Shown here: positions 1 through 11,310 of the stretch, in pieces
How positions within the stretch are numbered: position 1 is the stretch's first letter
Layout: each line of letters begins with the position of its first letter
NCBI GenBank assembly: GCA_010093605.1
Contig: MU004190.1
Coordinates: 1,757,599-1,821,598, forward strand
Source of the DNA: Lophium mytilinum
Lineage: Eukaryota
Direction of reading: 5' to 3'
Length of the DNA stretch: 64,000 nucleotides
The notes under the pieces: generated by a model
Database searches by the model: none
What the model was told of the DNA's origin: nothing
The model's input: the letters and a program-made list of their open reading frames with translations, nothing else
Position numbers and translations under genes: made by a program

Positions 1-204
1 ACGGTCGCGTATCATGTTGACGACAGACCCGATTTGGTCGATGTGGCGGTGGGCTTGTTGGAGGCGGCGGATGGGGCTAGGGCGGAGTCGTGGCTAGAGT
101 GGAGGGTGCATAAGCTGTCGTATGAAGAAGACGCGATTCATCATGCGCTGGTAGGTGCGCTGAAAGATGGTATGAAAACGTGGTCTGAGGAGAGGAAGGT
201 TTGA
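1..204 (+). CDS. 3' end of a fungal GFA/Mss4-like (DUF636-type) protein, partial at the window edge
   Basis: Frame 1 reads TVAYHVDDRPDLVDVAVGLLEAADGARAESWLEWRVHKLSYEEDAIHHALVGALKDGMKTWSEERKV* (TGA 202-204). The RPDLVDVAVGLL..GARAE.WLEW segment resembles C-termini of fungal GFA-domain proteins (family recalled from memory). Confidence 0.6.
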   Translation, partial: TVAYHVDDRPDLVDVAVGLLEAADGARAESWLEWRVHKLSYEEDAIHHALVGALKDGMKTWSEERKV

Positions 205-257
205 GGAGATTCATGCGGTTTGACGTCCTGCGATGCGGTAAGTACATTGGCATGATA

Positions 258-1110
258 TTAGGCTGGCGAGTGCAAACTGGAGTCTCTGGCCATGGTGATG
301 AGGTAGGTGGTAGAACTAGAAGGTCTATCAGTTAGCTGTTGTTTGAGGTAGGCTAGGTAAACGTTTTGCGGGCTCATACCAAAGGCTGGGGGCAGCCACA
401 CATCAGTCTTCATAAATTTTTCCCATCGCTCGATTGCCATTCCTTACATGATCAAATCAATCCACATCGCGCTTCGTTTCCCGATTTCGGTTCTGCCTTC
501 ATTCGTCCCGCTACGTATGTTACTCCGTGCCGTTCTCCCTCCAGTATGCTACTCTAATCAAGATCGTTTCCTTTTCTTAGGAACCAGTTCAGCATGGGCG
601 AGCACCAGCTGTTCAACGTCGTCTTCGTGCTCAATATTAATTAATAAGTCTCTTGGCGATAAGTCAGTATAGTTACATAGCATGCTTATTATTAGTACTC
701 TTACTAGTCCTTATCCGTAATCAAGTCAACCATAATCGTGATCTGATTCTCTGTTTCTTCGCCGAGGTGCTTCAGGCTTGTAGTTATGCTGTCTTTAAAT
801 ATGGCTACGCGTAGCTGAATTTGGATCCCCGTAGCATATTGTTGAGACTGTCTCTGAACAATTAGCAGTGCAGGGTGTTTTAGACAGAGGTATTCCGGCA
901 GACTACCGGGACGCTGTGTCTATTGCAAGCACCGCAAATATTACCACGCCCCTAGGCAATGCAGGCTCCATAGAAGTTATAATTCTCAACTTATACATCA
1001 CTATTAAATCCCTCTTCTCTGGTAACATCTTTCTTAAGTCACTGCACAAACGCATATCTCGCTATCCAACAGACTTCCTTAACTTTAACCGCCGTTAACA
1101 TAAATAGGCA
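258..1110 (-). pseudogene. Probable RIP-damaged pseudogene of unknown family
   Basis: One minus-strand frame reads YTDLSPRDLLINIEHEDDVEQLVLAHAELVPKKRKRS*LE*HTGG...WIDLIM*GMAIERWEKFMKTDVWLPP...; the stops are TGA/TAG/TAA, each one C>T change from CGA/CAG/CAA. Similar stop-interrupted coding-like text lies at ~910-1110. The region is TpA-rich. Confidence 0.4.
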
Positions 1111-2180
1111 TAGGACTAGATTGTTACTATAACGCCGATTGAACAACTACACGTTTCCTTTCAACCCCCTCACATACGGGCAGATTATCGTAGGGCTGCA
1201 GGATCAGGCGACAGACGAAGGTACTTGGTGCTTCGCCATGGCCCAGTTATCTACCTAGGAGAGACGAACTAGGACTACATACTAACAGGTCACTAACTGT
1301 CACCAACGGTCCATCAATAGAGATGGTATGTAGGGAGTACGAGCTTATTAGAGTATCTCAGGCTCAATCACAAACGTATTTGGACGACCGTTTCAGATCG
1401 AAGTGAAGAGTGTGAAACAGATGCTAGGCCCCTCCATCCTGCCCATTTCCACGACTACTCAGGCCCCTCGTTATCATTTTGAAGTCTCTCTCGCCGACGT
1501 AGATGCTAGCTTGCCGCCGTTTCGGGTGCGTCAATACTCCGTGAAAGAGGTAGTGGTATGGGACTACTAAGATGGATGTTTTGGAGGTAAGTTTTAAAGG
1601 CTCCTCGCTATGCGCGATTCTAGGTCTATCGCACCTGTACCTCATGCCCTCGTATTTCTAATCCACGAGGCCTCTAGATTTCCCGAAATTTAGTAATGAT
1701 GTCGAGGTACCCCAAACAACGGCAAGCGAATATCTATACGCCGATTGACTAGACGTGTATCAGGATGTACCGATGGAGTAGAGTATGATTCACGAGTCGC
1801 GAGACACCTTTGAACCTCGCTCCCAATATTAGCACCTTAGTACTTTCATATTACTCTCTTTCTAACGTGATGTTTGGGTGCCTCAATCAGCGGCAAGCGA
1901 GGATCTATTCACTGGTAGAGCGGATACATATCAAGCGTATCGTATGCGCACAATGTCTGGCAGGGGTCTAAACACATGACACCAGGCAAGTTAGTGAATG
2001 CACTGCGCGGAAGAGCACTGAATGTCTCCTGCCCGCTTAGGTAATTCATCAAGTACGTCTACAAAAAGCCGCTGCTCCAGACTCGTTTTTCCTTCCGCCA
2101 TCAACCACCTCCCCGATCACCCACACACCACCTCACACATTCCAGATTCCACAGCTCATTGACACACCTCCGACCCGTTC

Positions 2181-4355
2181 ATGAGTGCGTCAAAACTTGG
2201 CTCGTCTCCTACACATCTCGAAGCCATGGACTTCATGGATCCCCGGCCAGCGAAGAAGCGGTCGCCCGCGGCCTGCATCATTCCACTGTTGTTGGTTGCG
2301 ATATCACTGCATTGCGTCTGGGAGTTGCTCTCAATGGCTCTCCGCTGCGCATTCTGGATGGCATCGATCCTTCTTTCTCCGTTCCTCCACCTCTTTGTCC
2401 TCGGCTTGGCCGTCTTTGGCCTCTGCATCATGGTCAACGTCGACGCCGATCATTCACCTCCAAGCATCGAGGTGGTTGATTGCGATACGTTTACGACCGA
2501 GAGCACACAAGCAGAGCAACATGCAAAGAGCTACGAGGTGCGTAGAGTACCCAGAGTCTCTTCGGTGCACACTGACAGCATCCAGGTCGAAACTGCGAGC
2601 GCAAGGACTGCTCCATTCACCAAGTTGCCGGCGACCAAGACAGAGTCAGCCAACAGCTCTGAAAGGAAGAAGACTAGGAACATCTTGCAAAACAGCAAGA
2701 TCCCAGTCAAGAAGACTACCGCAAACACCGTGCGAAGCAGCAAGAGGGAGACTCCTAAGTGGACCACGTCCACGGAGAGCAAGTTTCCAATCAGGAAGAC
2801 CACCACGAACACCGTGCGCAACGGCAATGAGGCTCATAGGCCAGCCAAGCCCACTGAAAGCAAGGTTTCAGTCAGGGCGGAGAAGCAGAGCCAGGATATG
2901 TCCTCCAGCTCATCAACTACTTCTATATGCTCTACACCACCCCCTTCGTCAAAGGTTCCGTCCTCGCCGACTTCCTCCGTCTCCTCAAATGCATCTGCCT
3001 CATCGGCCACATCTTCCTCACATAAGGCTTCCGAGTTACAAGATGCCTCTCAGGGGTCTTCCAAGAGCACTCCATCCTCCAATCCCTCTGCTTCCCCCAA
3101 GAGTGCCGTTCCGCCCACAGCGCCTAACGGCTCCGCGACATCCTCCCACCCCCCTTATCCCCACAACTCAGCTAAGACTGGCACTGCGTCGGGACCAACG
3201 CCCGTGCCGGATGATGTTTCTCCAAAAGCTACCGAATCTGAGACTTCGACTACCGGAACTGGTACTGGGTCGACAGCACATGAGAGCAACGATGGCGATG
3301 CAGACTCTGACACCGAGGAGTGTAAGGACTATTTCGTGAACTTCTATGAAGTCCTTCACATTTCACGAGATGCAACCACGGCCCAAATAAGGAAGGCATA
3401 CAAGATGATGGCCATTAAGTACCATCCGGACAAGGCCGCCCCGATGGACAAGGAGAAAGCGGATGAGTTGTTCAAGTTGATCGGAGAGGCAGCTCGCGTC
3501 TTGAAAGACGACTATCTCAGGGCTGGCCATGACGCCAGCATAGATGCGGGACCTGACGCTAAGAAAGCGGAAGGCCCAAATATGGACCCAGTCACCGGCG
3601 TTACATACTACGAGCAACTGGGTCTTCGCAATGGTGCATCTGTTGACGAAGTGTGGCAGCGCTATTGCCAGCTTACGGCCGAGTACGAAGAGATGGTCCG
3701 AGCCGCCATTGCAAATGGCCACGACGTCGATGATGCCGAGCGTGATGCCCTCTTCAAGAAGTCACAGCTAGAGTCTGCGACCGCTGATCTGTGGGATCCG
3801 GTCAAGAAGTCCCATTACGACTTGGAACTTTGGAAGAACTCGAGGATGGGGGGCGAAGAGCCCAACATCCTCACAGCGGTCCCTGGAGGATATGAGGTGG
3901 TAAACCCAGAGCGCGACCCCGGGGAAGAAGTCAGGAGTGAGAGAATGGAAGGCCCCAATGGCGAGACCATTGACGCAGTTGTCTACTCCTACTTTCATCT
4001 AGACAATGGCGCCACGCTTGACGAAGTCTGGGACGCCTACCAGCGAATGATGCGGACTTTCTGTGCCGTGTTCGAGGAGGAGACATCAACACCGGATCAG
4101 AAAGCTTGGGCCAACGAGCTCATTACGGAGTACAATGACTATATGAAGTTCATTGGGGAGCCTATTCACAAGTACTGGTACGATGACTCGTTGTGGAGGG
4201 CGGGCCGCCTGCCGAGTAGGCCAGTTTGGACAGCAGAGGCGGAGCAAGCGGCGAAAGCTAAGAAAGCTGAGCTCGAAGAGACCAAGAAGCCTATTGTGGG
4301 CGGGAAGTATTATGAAGACGATGATGGTGTTCTCAGGCTTTACGAAGAAAGCTAA
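2181..4355 (+). CDS. Membrane-anchored J-domain (DnaJ-like) protein, 724 aa, with one HPD J-domain and two degenerate J-like repeats
   Basis: Intronless ORF. Hydrophobic N-terminal segments, Ser/Thr/Pro-rich linker, then NFYEVLHISRDATTAQIRKAYKMMAIKYHPDK...LFKLIGEAARVLKD (HPD at 3423-3431). Two further J-like units lack HPD (TYYEQLGLRNGASVDEV...DPVKKSHYD; VYSYFHLDNGATLDEV...EPIHKYWYD). Confidence 0.9.
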   Translation: MSASKLGSSPTHLEAMDFMDPRPAKKRSPAACIIPLLLVAISLHCVWELLSMALRCAFWMASILLSPFLHLFVLGLAVFGLCIMVNVDADHSPPSIEVVDCDTFTTESTQAEQHAKSYEVRRVPRVSSVHTDSIQVETASARTAPFTKLPATKTESANSSERKKTRNILQNSKIPVKKTTANTVRSSKRETPKWTTSTESKFPIRKTTTNTVRNGNEAHRPAKPTESKVSVRAEKQSQDMSSSSSTTSICSTPPPSSKVPSSPTSSVSSNASASSATSSSHKASELQDASQGSSKSTPSSNPSASPKSAVPPTAPNGSATSSHPPYPHNSAKTGTASGPTPVPDDVSPKATESETSTTGTGTGSTAHESNDGDADSDTEECKDYFVNFYEVLHISRDATTAQIRKAYKMMAIKYHPDKAAPMDKEKADELFKLIGEAARVLKDDYLRAGHDASIDAGPDAKKAEGPNMDPVTGVTYYEQLGLRNGASVDEVWQRYCQLTAEYEEMVRAAIANGHDVDDAERDALFKKSQLESATADLWDPVKKSHYDLELWKNSRMGGEEPNILTAVPGGYEVVNPERDPGEEVRSERMEGPNGETIDAVVYSYFHLDNGATLDEVWDAYQRMMRTFCAVFEEETSTPDQKAWANELITEYNDYMKFIGEPIHKYWYDDSLWRAGRLPSRPVWTAEAEQAAKAKKAELEETKKPIVGGKYYEDDDGVLRLYEES

Positions 4356-4706
4356 GCTGTTGTTTCTATTTCTTGAGCTTTTGGCTGCTGAATTATTCTT
4401 TTGTAACTCTTTTACGATGCATTAGTCCCTGTTGGATTGATTTCCTATTTTAACTGCGATGTGCGGACTAAGTTTTCTATTTTGTTAGTGTTGCTTAGAT
4501 ACCCGGATTCTTTCAGTTGAGGATTCTACATATGTAGCAAATGACTCCATGATCAATATCCGCTCTATATTGACATGATGTACGTATAATAGTGACTTTC
4601 ACCAAACTAGTTACAAGTTTTTAGAGGCCTAACATAATGCTAAACTTTTGCATGCTTGAGACGCGAACAGCAATAAGGACTAATTATCTACAGTATTAGG
4701 CCATAA

Positions 4707-5286
4707 GTCTGGGCACACGCATATCATCACTGCTTTGCTCCAGTCTCACTCACTCGACACCACTTTAGGGGCTAGCTTGTCTGCTGAGAAGCCAGCTAGA
4801 CACGCGGCAGCCTGATATACACTGCTTGAAGATTGGGATTGCCTCAGATTTTCGAGATTCTATGACACACGGATCTGTAACTGCTTGGCTCCAATCTTGT
4901 CCTCTAGACATCACTAAGAGGAATAGCCCGGCTAGTTAGTAGCTAATAAGTCAAAGTATAGTCTGATTTGCATTGCTCGAAACTTGACATCGCGCCCAGA
5001 CTTTCAAAAGGTATGGGAGTACCCTAAGCAGTGGTAAACGGGTGTGCAAAGACTTATGGCCTGTTACTATAATCTTTGTAACCAGCGATGTTATGAATGT
5101 ATGTCATTACTACTTCGCACACAGACTTATTATAGCTTGGCTCCAACTTGCCCACTTGACACCACTGTATGGAATACCCTGGCTGCTGAGCAGCCAATCA
5201 GTCAAGTGGTAGTCCAATCTGCACCGCTGGAACCTCGACATCACCGTTGGATCTTCAAAACCCTATATGGGGAGCCCAAACAGTGT
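4707..5286 (-). repeat. Array 1 of the palindromic-core repeat family (3 units, minus orientation)
   Basis: Cores at 4911-5034 and 5162-5286, plus a one-arm unit at ~4759. The reverse complement matches 12932-13056 and 46742-46866 (CCACTGCTTAGGGTAC...GATGTCAAGTTT...CAGTGG). Confidence 0.85.
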
Positions 5287-5692
5287 CGATTCAGCGTGCT
5301 CGCGCATCAGCCCCTGTATCACGGTATCTACGACAAGTTATTACCATGATCCTCCTGTTCCAAGTCGAAATGTCTCCGAAAGAGTCATTCTGTGCTTCGA
5401 TATGTGCAGGCTATCATGATACACTGCATTAAACTAAGATGACGTAGTCATGGATCCAAGGGTGAATGAGCCGCAACTAGACCTGGCATTCTAAAAACAG
5501 TGAATCTCGTCTCACTGCTACAGACTGCGACCTGCCGCGCGGGCAATTTCCTCGAGTACTTAAAGCCCCTCTGCCGCAGATTGAGCTTGCTCCTAACACA
5601 CTCTCACCTACTCACCCCACCACCCATATCGCATCAGCTCTTGCGACACCCCACCCTCACTCAGAACCGTCATCCTGTACAGCCTTCTTTCC

Positions 5693-6879
5693 ATGCCCAC
5701 CAAAAAGGCCATGACTCCACACATCCAAGACGACTCTACCACCGAAGAACCCTTCGCGGTTTTCTTCAAAGGGGTAGCTCTAGCCCTCACCATCAACTCT
5801 TTTCTTGCCCACATGTTTGCGCTTATTGCGCTTAATCCCATCATTGGCCACCTCGAGGTCGTGATCTTCTTCCACATACTTCTCCTCCTCATCGCGCTTG
5901 TCTTCAACTACTTCCAACCCGAAGACACCGCCGAGAACAGCCAGGCCGCAGATTCCCACGATGGCGCGATCAACGAAGACGAACCTATAATCGGCCGCCT
6001 GCTCTACGCTGGCCTTTGGCTTTCGGGAACCAACGCTGCTCTCAATACGATCCGTACTTTCAACCTGCTCCCACTTTCAGTTCTCCTTATGGCATCGTTC
6101 CTTGTTATGGCGGAGGCAGCCCCTCGTCTGCAGTCTGAAGGCTCTGCGCAGCAAGCCGAGACAGTCCTCCTGGATGATAGTGCGGAATGGAAGCTAGCTT
6201 CCGAAACACTGAAGATCGACGTGAGTGGCGCATCTGAGGCTGCTCTAGATTTTCCACTAATATCATACAGATGGAGGCGATCTGTACGAAGTTCGCATCA
6301 TACCTGCCCTTGCTGCACAGCAGCATACCGTCGACCATCAGCTCTATTGCTGCCCGGATTGGACCATTCACGTGCAGCCTCTCCTACAAGGACGAAGCGC
6401 CAGAATCCACCACGGGAACCACGCGCGCTACAGAAGGCATTATGAACGGCGAGACCCAGGCCCTCCAGCCCGGCGCCGAAGCTCCGCGCCCGTCCTCTAC
6501 GCTGAACCCTACATCTGCATCCTCCACACCCCCGACATCAGTGGATACGAAACCTCTCGAGCTGTTCACCGAATCCTTCAAGGAGAAGCTCAATAGGAAA
6601 GAAGCAATCGAAGACTTCCGTAAGCTTCTCGGAGCGCCACCGATTGCTACCACAGCCCAGGTCAAGCGCATCGTCAAGGCTCTGAATGGCAAGATACAAG
6701 TGGATAGGGAACTGATGAAGGATGAAGAGAAAGCGGATGAGCTCCAAAAGCTGATTGCGTGTACTTCCTACCTTCTCAAAGAGCCACTAGAGCTAGTGAT
6801 TGTGAGGAAGCGGTTGACTCCTCGCCCGCTTGGACCTGGGGTGAACAAGATTGGTGGACGGCGACGCAATCGCCACTAA
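5693..6879 (+). CDS. Membrane protein with a degenerate (HPD>QVD) J-domain, 2 exons, 378 aa
   Basis: Exons 5693-6220 and 6271-6879. Phase-0 intron 6221-6270 (GTGAGT...CACTAA...CAG). Several hydrophobic helices. The C-terminal ATTAQVKRIVKALNGKIQVDRELMKDEEKADELQKLIACTSYLLKE aligns without gaps to the J-domain of 2181-4355. Confidence 0.75.
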
Positions 6880-7367
6880 GGCTGGAACGAACGATGTCAG
6901 CACCACCTCTCCACCGGACGAGGCTTTCGAAAGTCACTCACCAACGACATCGAAATTGAGCGTCTCTACCGCGAGACACACTAGGTAAAGGACGAGCACG
7001 ATTTCATTCACTATGGGGCTGGGATCTTGTATGCTACGGACACAGGCTTCATGAGGCTCTCTTTCACACAGCATTGCTTTGATTTAAGACTTGCTAGCGT
7101 CATGGGAGACATTGTGATTGCATTGCATGGGGCTTGCATTTGCGGTTTTCATTTTGTCATGCTTGTTACACAACTTTTGTTTGGTCAGACACATCATGGA
7201 GTTCAAGTGGATGCTTGGACATTGGTTCGACAGGGAGTATTTCTTTCGGGATTGATGCGTAATGACTTGCTACTAGTTCGCTGTTTTCAATCACATTGTC
7301 CAACTCTTTCCACTCTGAACTGTGAATAACTATAAGGTGATCGCAGGGTATCCTGTACACACTCGTT

Positions 7368-8215
7368 TGCCACTGCTAGGAGCGCCCCATTGGGGTGTCT
7401 ACAACGTAGGTGTCATGTCACGTTTCAGACAGCGTAATCTGAACGTCCTCTTGACTAAGAGATGCTGTCATGACGGGGCCACTCCTGACAGTGGCGTTCA
7501 GCCAGCCAAATGTGATACTTAAGCAGTGATATCCGCGTGACACAGAGATATTTATAAATTTGGGCGCTTATTTACCACTTCCAGGAGCGGCCCCGCTGGG
7601 TGAATATAACGTAAGCGTCATGTTAAGTTTTACACAGCGTAATCTAGATATTAATTTGACTAAGAGACATTGTTGCGACTGGGTTGCCCCTGACAGTCGC
7701 GTCCAGCTTTCAAGGGCGATACTTAAGTAGTGATATCCGTGTGCCTAAACCGTGGCCTGGTACTGTATTACATCTATAGTTAATCAATTTAGGCACTTAT
7801 TTGCCACTGCTAGAAGCAGCTCCGTGGAGAAACCATAGTGTAGATTCCATGTCAAGTTTCAGAGAGCGTACATCGAGCTGCCTTTTAACTAAGAGGTATC
7901 CTCGCAATAGGTCCGCTCCCGACAGTAGCGTCTAATGCCCAGAGCGGCACTTAAACACTGGCGACTACAACCGTACACTTATTACCTAGCATTGTGCATC
8001 AAAATTTATGAATTTGGGCACCTATCTGCCACTGCTAGGAGTGCCCCAATAGGCTCACTATAGTGTAGGTGTTATGCTAAGTTTGAGGCAGCGTAATATG
8101 AGCTTCCTCTTGACTAAGACGTGTCCCGGCGAAGGGCCGCCCCTGACAGTGACATCCAGCTTGCAAAGACGGCACTCAAGCAGTGATATCTATGTGCATA
8201 GACTTATGGCCTGGT
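7368..8215 (+). repeat. Array 2 of the palindromic-core repeat family (4 tandem units)
   Basis: Cores at 7370-7494, 7575-7699, 7804-7928 and 8029-8152, with periods of 205, 229 and 225 bp. Shared blocks: CCACT, ATG(T/C)(C/T)A(A/C)GTTT, AGCGTA, TT(G/A)ACTAAGA, GACAGT. Confidence 0.9.
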
Positions 8216-8628
8216 GCTATATGTTGTATTTTATGCTATGAGGGTACTATTGATCGTGGGAGTCCCTATCTTAGATTGTGTAAGCGTCCCTTTGGCCGCA
8301 GATCCTAGAAAATATAGATAAGATGGTAAACATACACTAGTAACTCACTTCGGGAGCCTTGCTTATGTCAGCCTCCTCCGCCTTAGACGCTTTTGCCGCC
8401 TCACTTGACGCTTGGATCACCAGTCCACATTCGGCTATTTACAGAACTCTTGGGACCTCACCTCTTCCTCACCACAACACACTTGAAGCAGACTCCACAA
8501 ACCACTTCACCTGAAGCAGACTGCACCAACCTCTTCTCTCAACGCCATCTCACCGTTGTTCGAGAAGCTCTTTCTGTTCACCAGTGTTGTTACCTTCATC
8601 AAGACTTCCACGCTCTACCATAGCTACC

Positions 8629-10473
8629 ATGGACGCTTCCAAAGCAATGAATTCTGAGACACTGTATCTGCAGATTGTCCTCCTATTCCTCCTCACCTTC
8701 ACCGTCATCAAGGTCTTCGATGCCTTGATTACCCTCCTCCTCTGGACCTCACTCGCCCTGGTTTTCCTCACTGCACTTCTCCTCGTCCTTCCTCACTCCA
8801 CTCAGACGGAGCTCGCAACCTCCTGGCGGGACCTCGCCGCGGCCTTGGGGTCTCTCGCGGCCTCTTTGAGGGTCGATGGCACTGTGACGTGGAACGCCGT
8901 CTCTCCGAACGAGTCTTGTCGCCGCAATACACAGGAGGTCGCCGAGGTTAGTAGTGAGCCTCCTCGTCCTTTTCGGCATCACACTGACAGACTGCAGCGT
9001 CATGATACGAGACAAACGTCGACCGCAAGCTCGCCAAAGAGTGGATCGCGCTCTTTCCCCCAGTCACTCGATGCCAATGATAGCCCGTTTACCAGCGCCA
9101 GCGAAGCGACATCGCACAACAAGAAGCAAAACACTCCTAAGCCTATCACACAATCCTCAACCGTCCAGAGCAAGTCGGCCTCTCCTGGCGGTGCAAGTGT
9201 TAAATCAAACCCCGCGCCCGAGAACAGTCTGCATCTTCGAGAACCAAGCGGTGCCCCCATCTTGTCGGCCAAGGTGAATGAGCCGCCCCTGGAGCACGAA
9301 GTTGGACATGATCTTGACAATATGGAAGGCGTGGAAGCCCTCGCAAAAGCCACGGACAACGAAGACAGCGACGAGGTTGTATCTACCCCTAAAGACGCCC
9401 AGAAGTCACATGAAGTCGAGTCCCCGGCATGTCTTCAGAACACTCCAATCAGCACTCCTCTTGATCCAACGGCCACTCTTATTGCCGAAGATCGGGAAGA
9501 AGATAAGGATAAAGTCCAAAAGGCGCAAGACTTCAATCTCAACTTCGAAAGCTACTACGAGGCTCTTGGACTCGTACGTACTGCATCTAAAAAGGACATA
9601 GTCAAGGCATACCGCAAGAAAGCCTTGACCTGTCACCCTGATAAAGTTGCGCCCGAATTCAAGGACGTTGCCGCCAACCTGTTCAAAGTCATTACCGAGG
9701 CGCATGATGTTCTCACAGACGATGCCCTCCGCGTAGACTACGACCGCGGAATTGACATACATGAGAAACCACCTCGGCCCATGTTATACACCCTTCTAAA
9801 CCTCCCAGCGGGTACTCACATTCATTTGGTACGTGAAATGTACGATACCATGTTAGCGGACTACGCCGAGTACGAATACCAGCAAGATTTGGCAAAGAAC
9901 TACGATGCGTCAGGGCAGGCGGTAGCCGACGCCCAGCAACTACGAATTGATATGGAAGAGCTTCTACACCCCGACAGCAAGCTAGCGTACGATCTGAGCC
10001 TGTGGTTTGAAGGGATCTTGACGGGTCCAAAGCCAGACAGGCCCGACCGTATTGATGGTAGCACGGGACCCACCGTGGAGCTCTTCGCGGGCTACCCACA
10101 GCTTAACTCCTACGCTCGACTTTCCCTGCCGCCGGGATGCCCTATGGAGGAAGTCCGTGCGCATTACCAGGTTCTCCACGCCTTGTTCCTGAATGAATGC
10201 AAAGGTGCAACTACGTACGCGGAGCGCAAGGCGCTGGACACGTGCATCATGGACTTAAACAAGATCATGGTGGATTTAGAGAGCACGGTCCGAAAGAGCC
10301 AGTACGACTGGTGCTTGTGGTGTGATTACATCATCGACGGGGAGGAGCCCCAGTGGCTAGTCATGGTGGATGGAGAGGTACAAGTCGGCACCCCGCCTGT
10401 GGCCAACAGCGATGAGGTCGGGCCCGATGTGATTGACGGTGACGAAGAGGGGGACGCGAAGCAGTGGTATTGA
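8629..10473 (+). CDS. Membrane-anchored J-domain (DnaJ-like) protein, 614 aa, paralogue of 2181-4355
   Basis: First ATG at 8629. N-terminal hydrophobic helices, low-complexity linker, then SYYEALGLVRTASKKDIVKAYRKKALTCHPDK (HPD 9634-9642). Two degenerate J-like units follow, ending KLAYDLSLW and RKSQYDWCLW. Confidence 0.9.
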   Translation: MDASKAMNSETLYLQIVLLFLLTFTVIKVFDALITLLLWTSLALVFLTALLLVLPHSTQTELATSWRDLAAALGSLAASLRVDGTVTWNAVSPNESCRRNTQEVAEVSSEPPRPFRHHTDRLQRHDTRQTSTASSPKSGSRSFPQSLDANDSPFTSASEATSHNKKQNTPKPITQSSTVQSKSASPGGASVKSNPAPENSLHLREPSGAPILSAKVNEPPLEHEVGHDLDNMEGVEALAKATDNEDSDEVVSTPKDAQKSHEVESPACLQNTPISTPLDPTATLIAEDREEDKDKVQKAQDFNLNFESYYEALGLVRTASKKDIVKAYRKKALTCHPDKVAPEFKDVAANLFKVITEAHDVLTDDALRVDYDRGIDIHEKPPRPMLYTLLNLPAGTHIHLVREMYDTMLADYAEYEYQQDLAKNYDASGQAVADAQQLRIDMEELLHPDSKLAYDLSLWFEGILTGPKPDRPDRIDGSTGPTVELFAGYPQLNSYARLSLPPGCPMEEVRAHYQVLHALFLNECKGATTYAERKALDTCIMDLNKIMVDLESTVRKSQYDWCLWCDYIIDGEEPQWLVMVDGEVQVGTPPVANSDEVGPDVIDGDEEGDAKQWY

Positions 10474-10656
10474 GGACCACGCGTGATGGTTGCGAGAGCT
10501 CGGAGGTGTTGTTTAGGATGACATAGATAGAAATTAATGAACCAGTACCCAGTCCATGCCTTTGTTATAATACACTTGTAAGTACATTGTGCTATTGTAG
10601 GAAGATCTATGCAAAGCACGTAAAACCAGCGAAATGGACTACAGTGCCAAATCACA

Positions 10657-11310
10657 AGTCTGGACACCCAAATCGATCATTGCTTAGCCCAACGCTGCTC
10701 ACTTAACACCACTGCAAGGAAGACCCTGACTACTTAGTAGCTAGTAAGCCAGAAGGCTGTCTAATCTACACGGCTTAGATTAATGCACTCATAGAGGTGG
10801 ATCATATGTCTGGGCACGCGATTCTATAGCTCCGTGGGTTAGATTTTGCGCACTTAACACCACTGTAGGGGGGTTCCTGCCTGCTAAGTAACTATTTAGT
10901 TATGAGGCAGCCTGATTTGCAATGCCTAGATTAAGGCACTTCCAGAGATGGGCTATATGTCTAAATGCACTGATTCGTTACTGCCTAGCTCGAGTCTTGC
11001 TCACTAGCTACCACTGTAGGGAGTAGCCTGCCTGCTAAGCAATAGTTTAGTCAAAAGGCAGTCTAATTCGCACTGCTTAGATTGATACACTAGCAGAAAT
11101 GGACTATATATCCAACGAGCCGGATCTGGTACTACCTGGCTTGAGTCTTGCTTGATGGTTACCACCGTAGGAGGTACCCCAGCAGGCAGGTCGCGGGCCA
11201 GTAATATGGTATTCAGATATCTACAGCATGGAATGAAACATGGCGTTACGGACATCCAGCTTACTTGGCTTTGGTTTTGGTCTATAGACACCACTGTCAG
11301 GGGGACCCCC
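10657..11310 (-). repeat. Array 3 of the palindromic-core repeat family (one-arm 151 bp units, minus orientation)
   Basis: ACCAC(T/C)G anchors at 10708, 10859, 11010 and 11161 (exact 151 bp period), plus a fifth at 11290. Confidence 0.85.

Noticed and set aside
1695..1945. Degenerate duplication around CGGCAAGCGA (1720 and 1891)
   Set aside because: Only two weak copies, unrelated to the main repeat family, with no evidence of function.
7368..8215. CRISPR-like or protein-coding (ankyrin/TPR relic) reading of the tandem arrays
   Set aside because: Units are homologous along their whole length, with no unique spacers. Periods are not multiples of three and no consistent reading frame exists.
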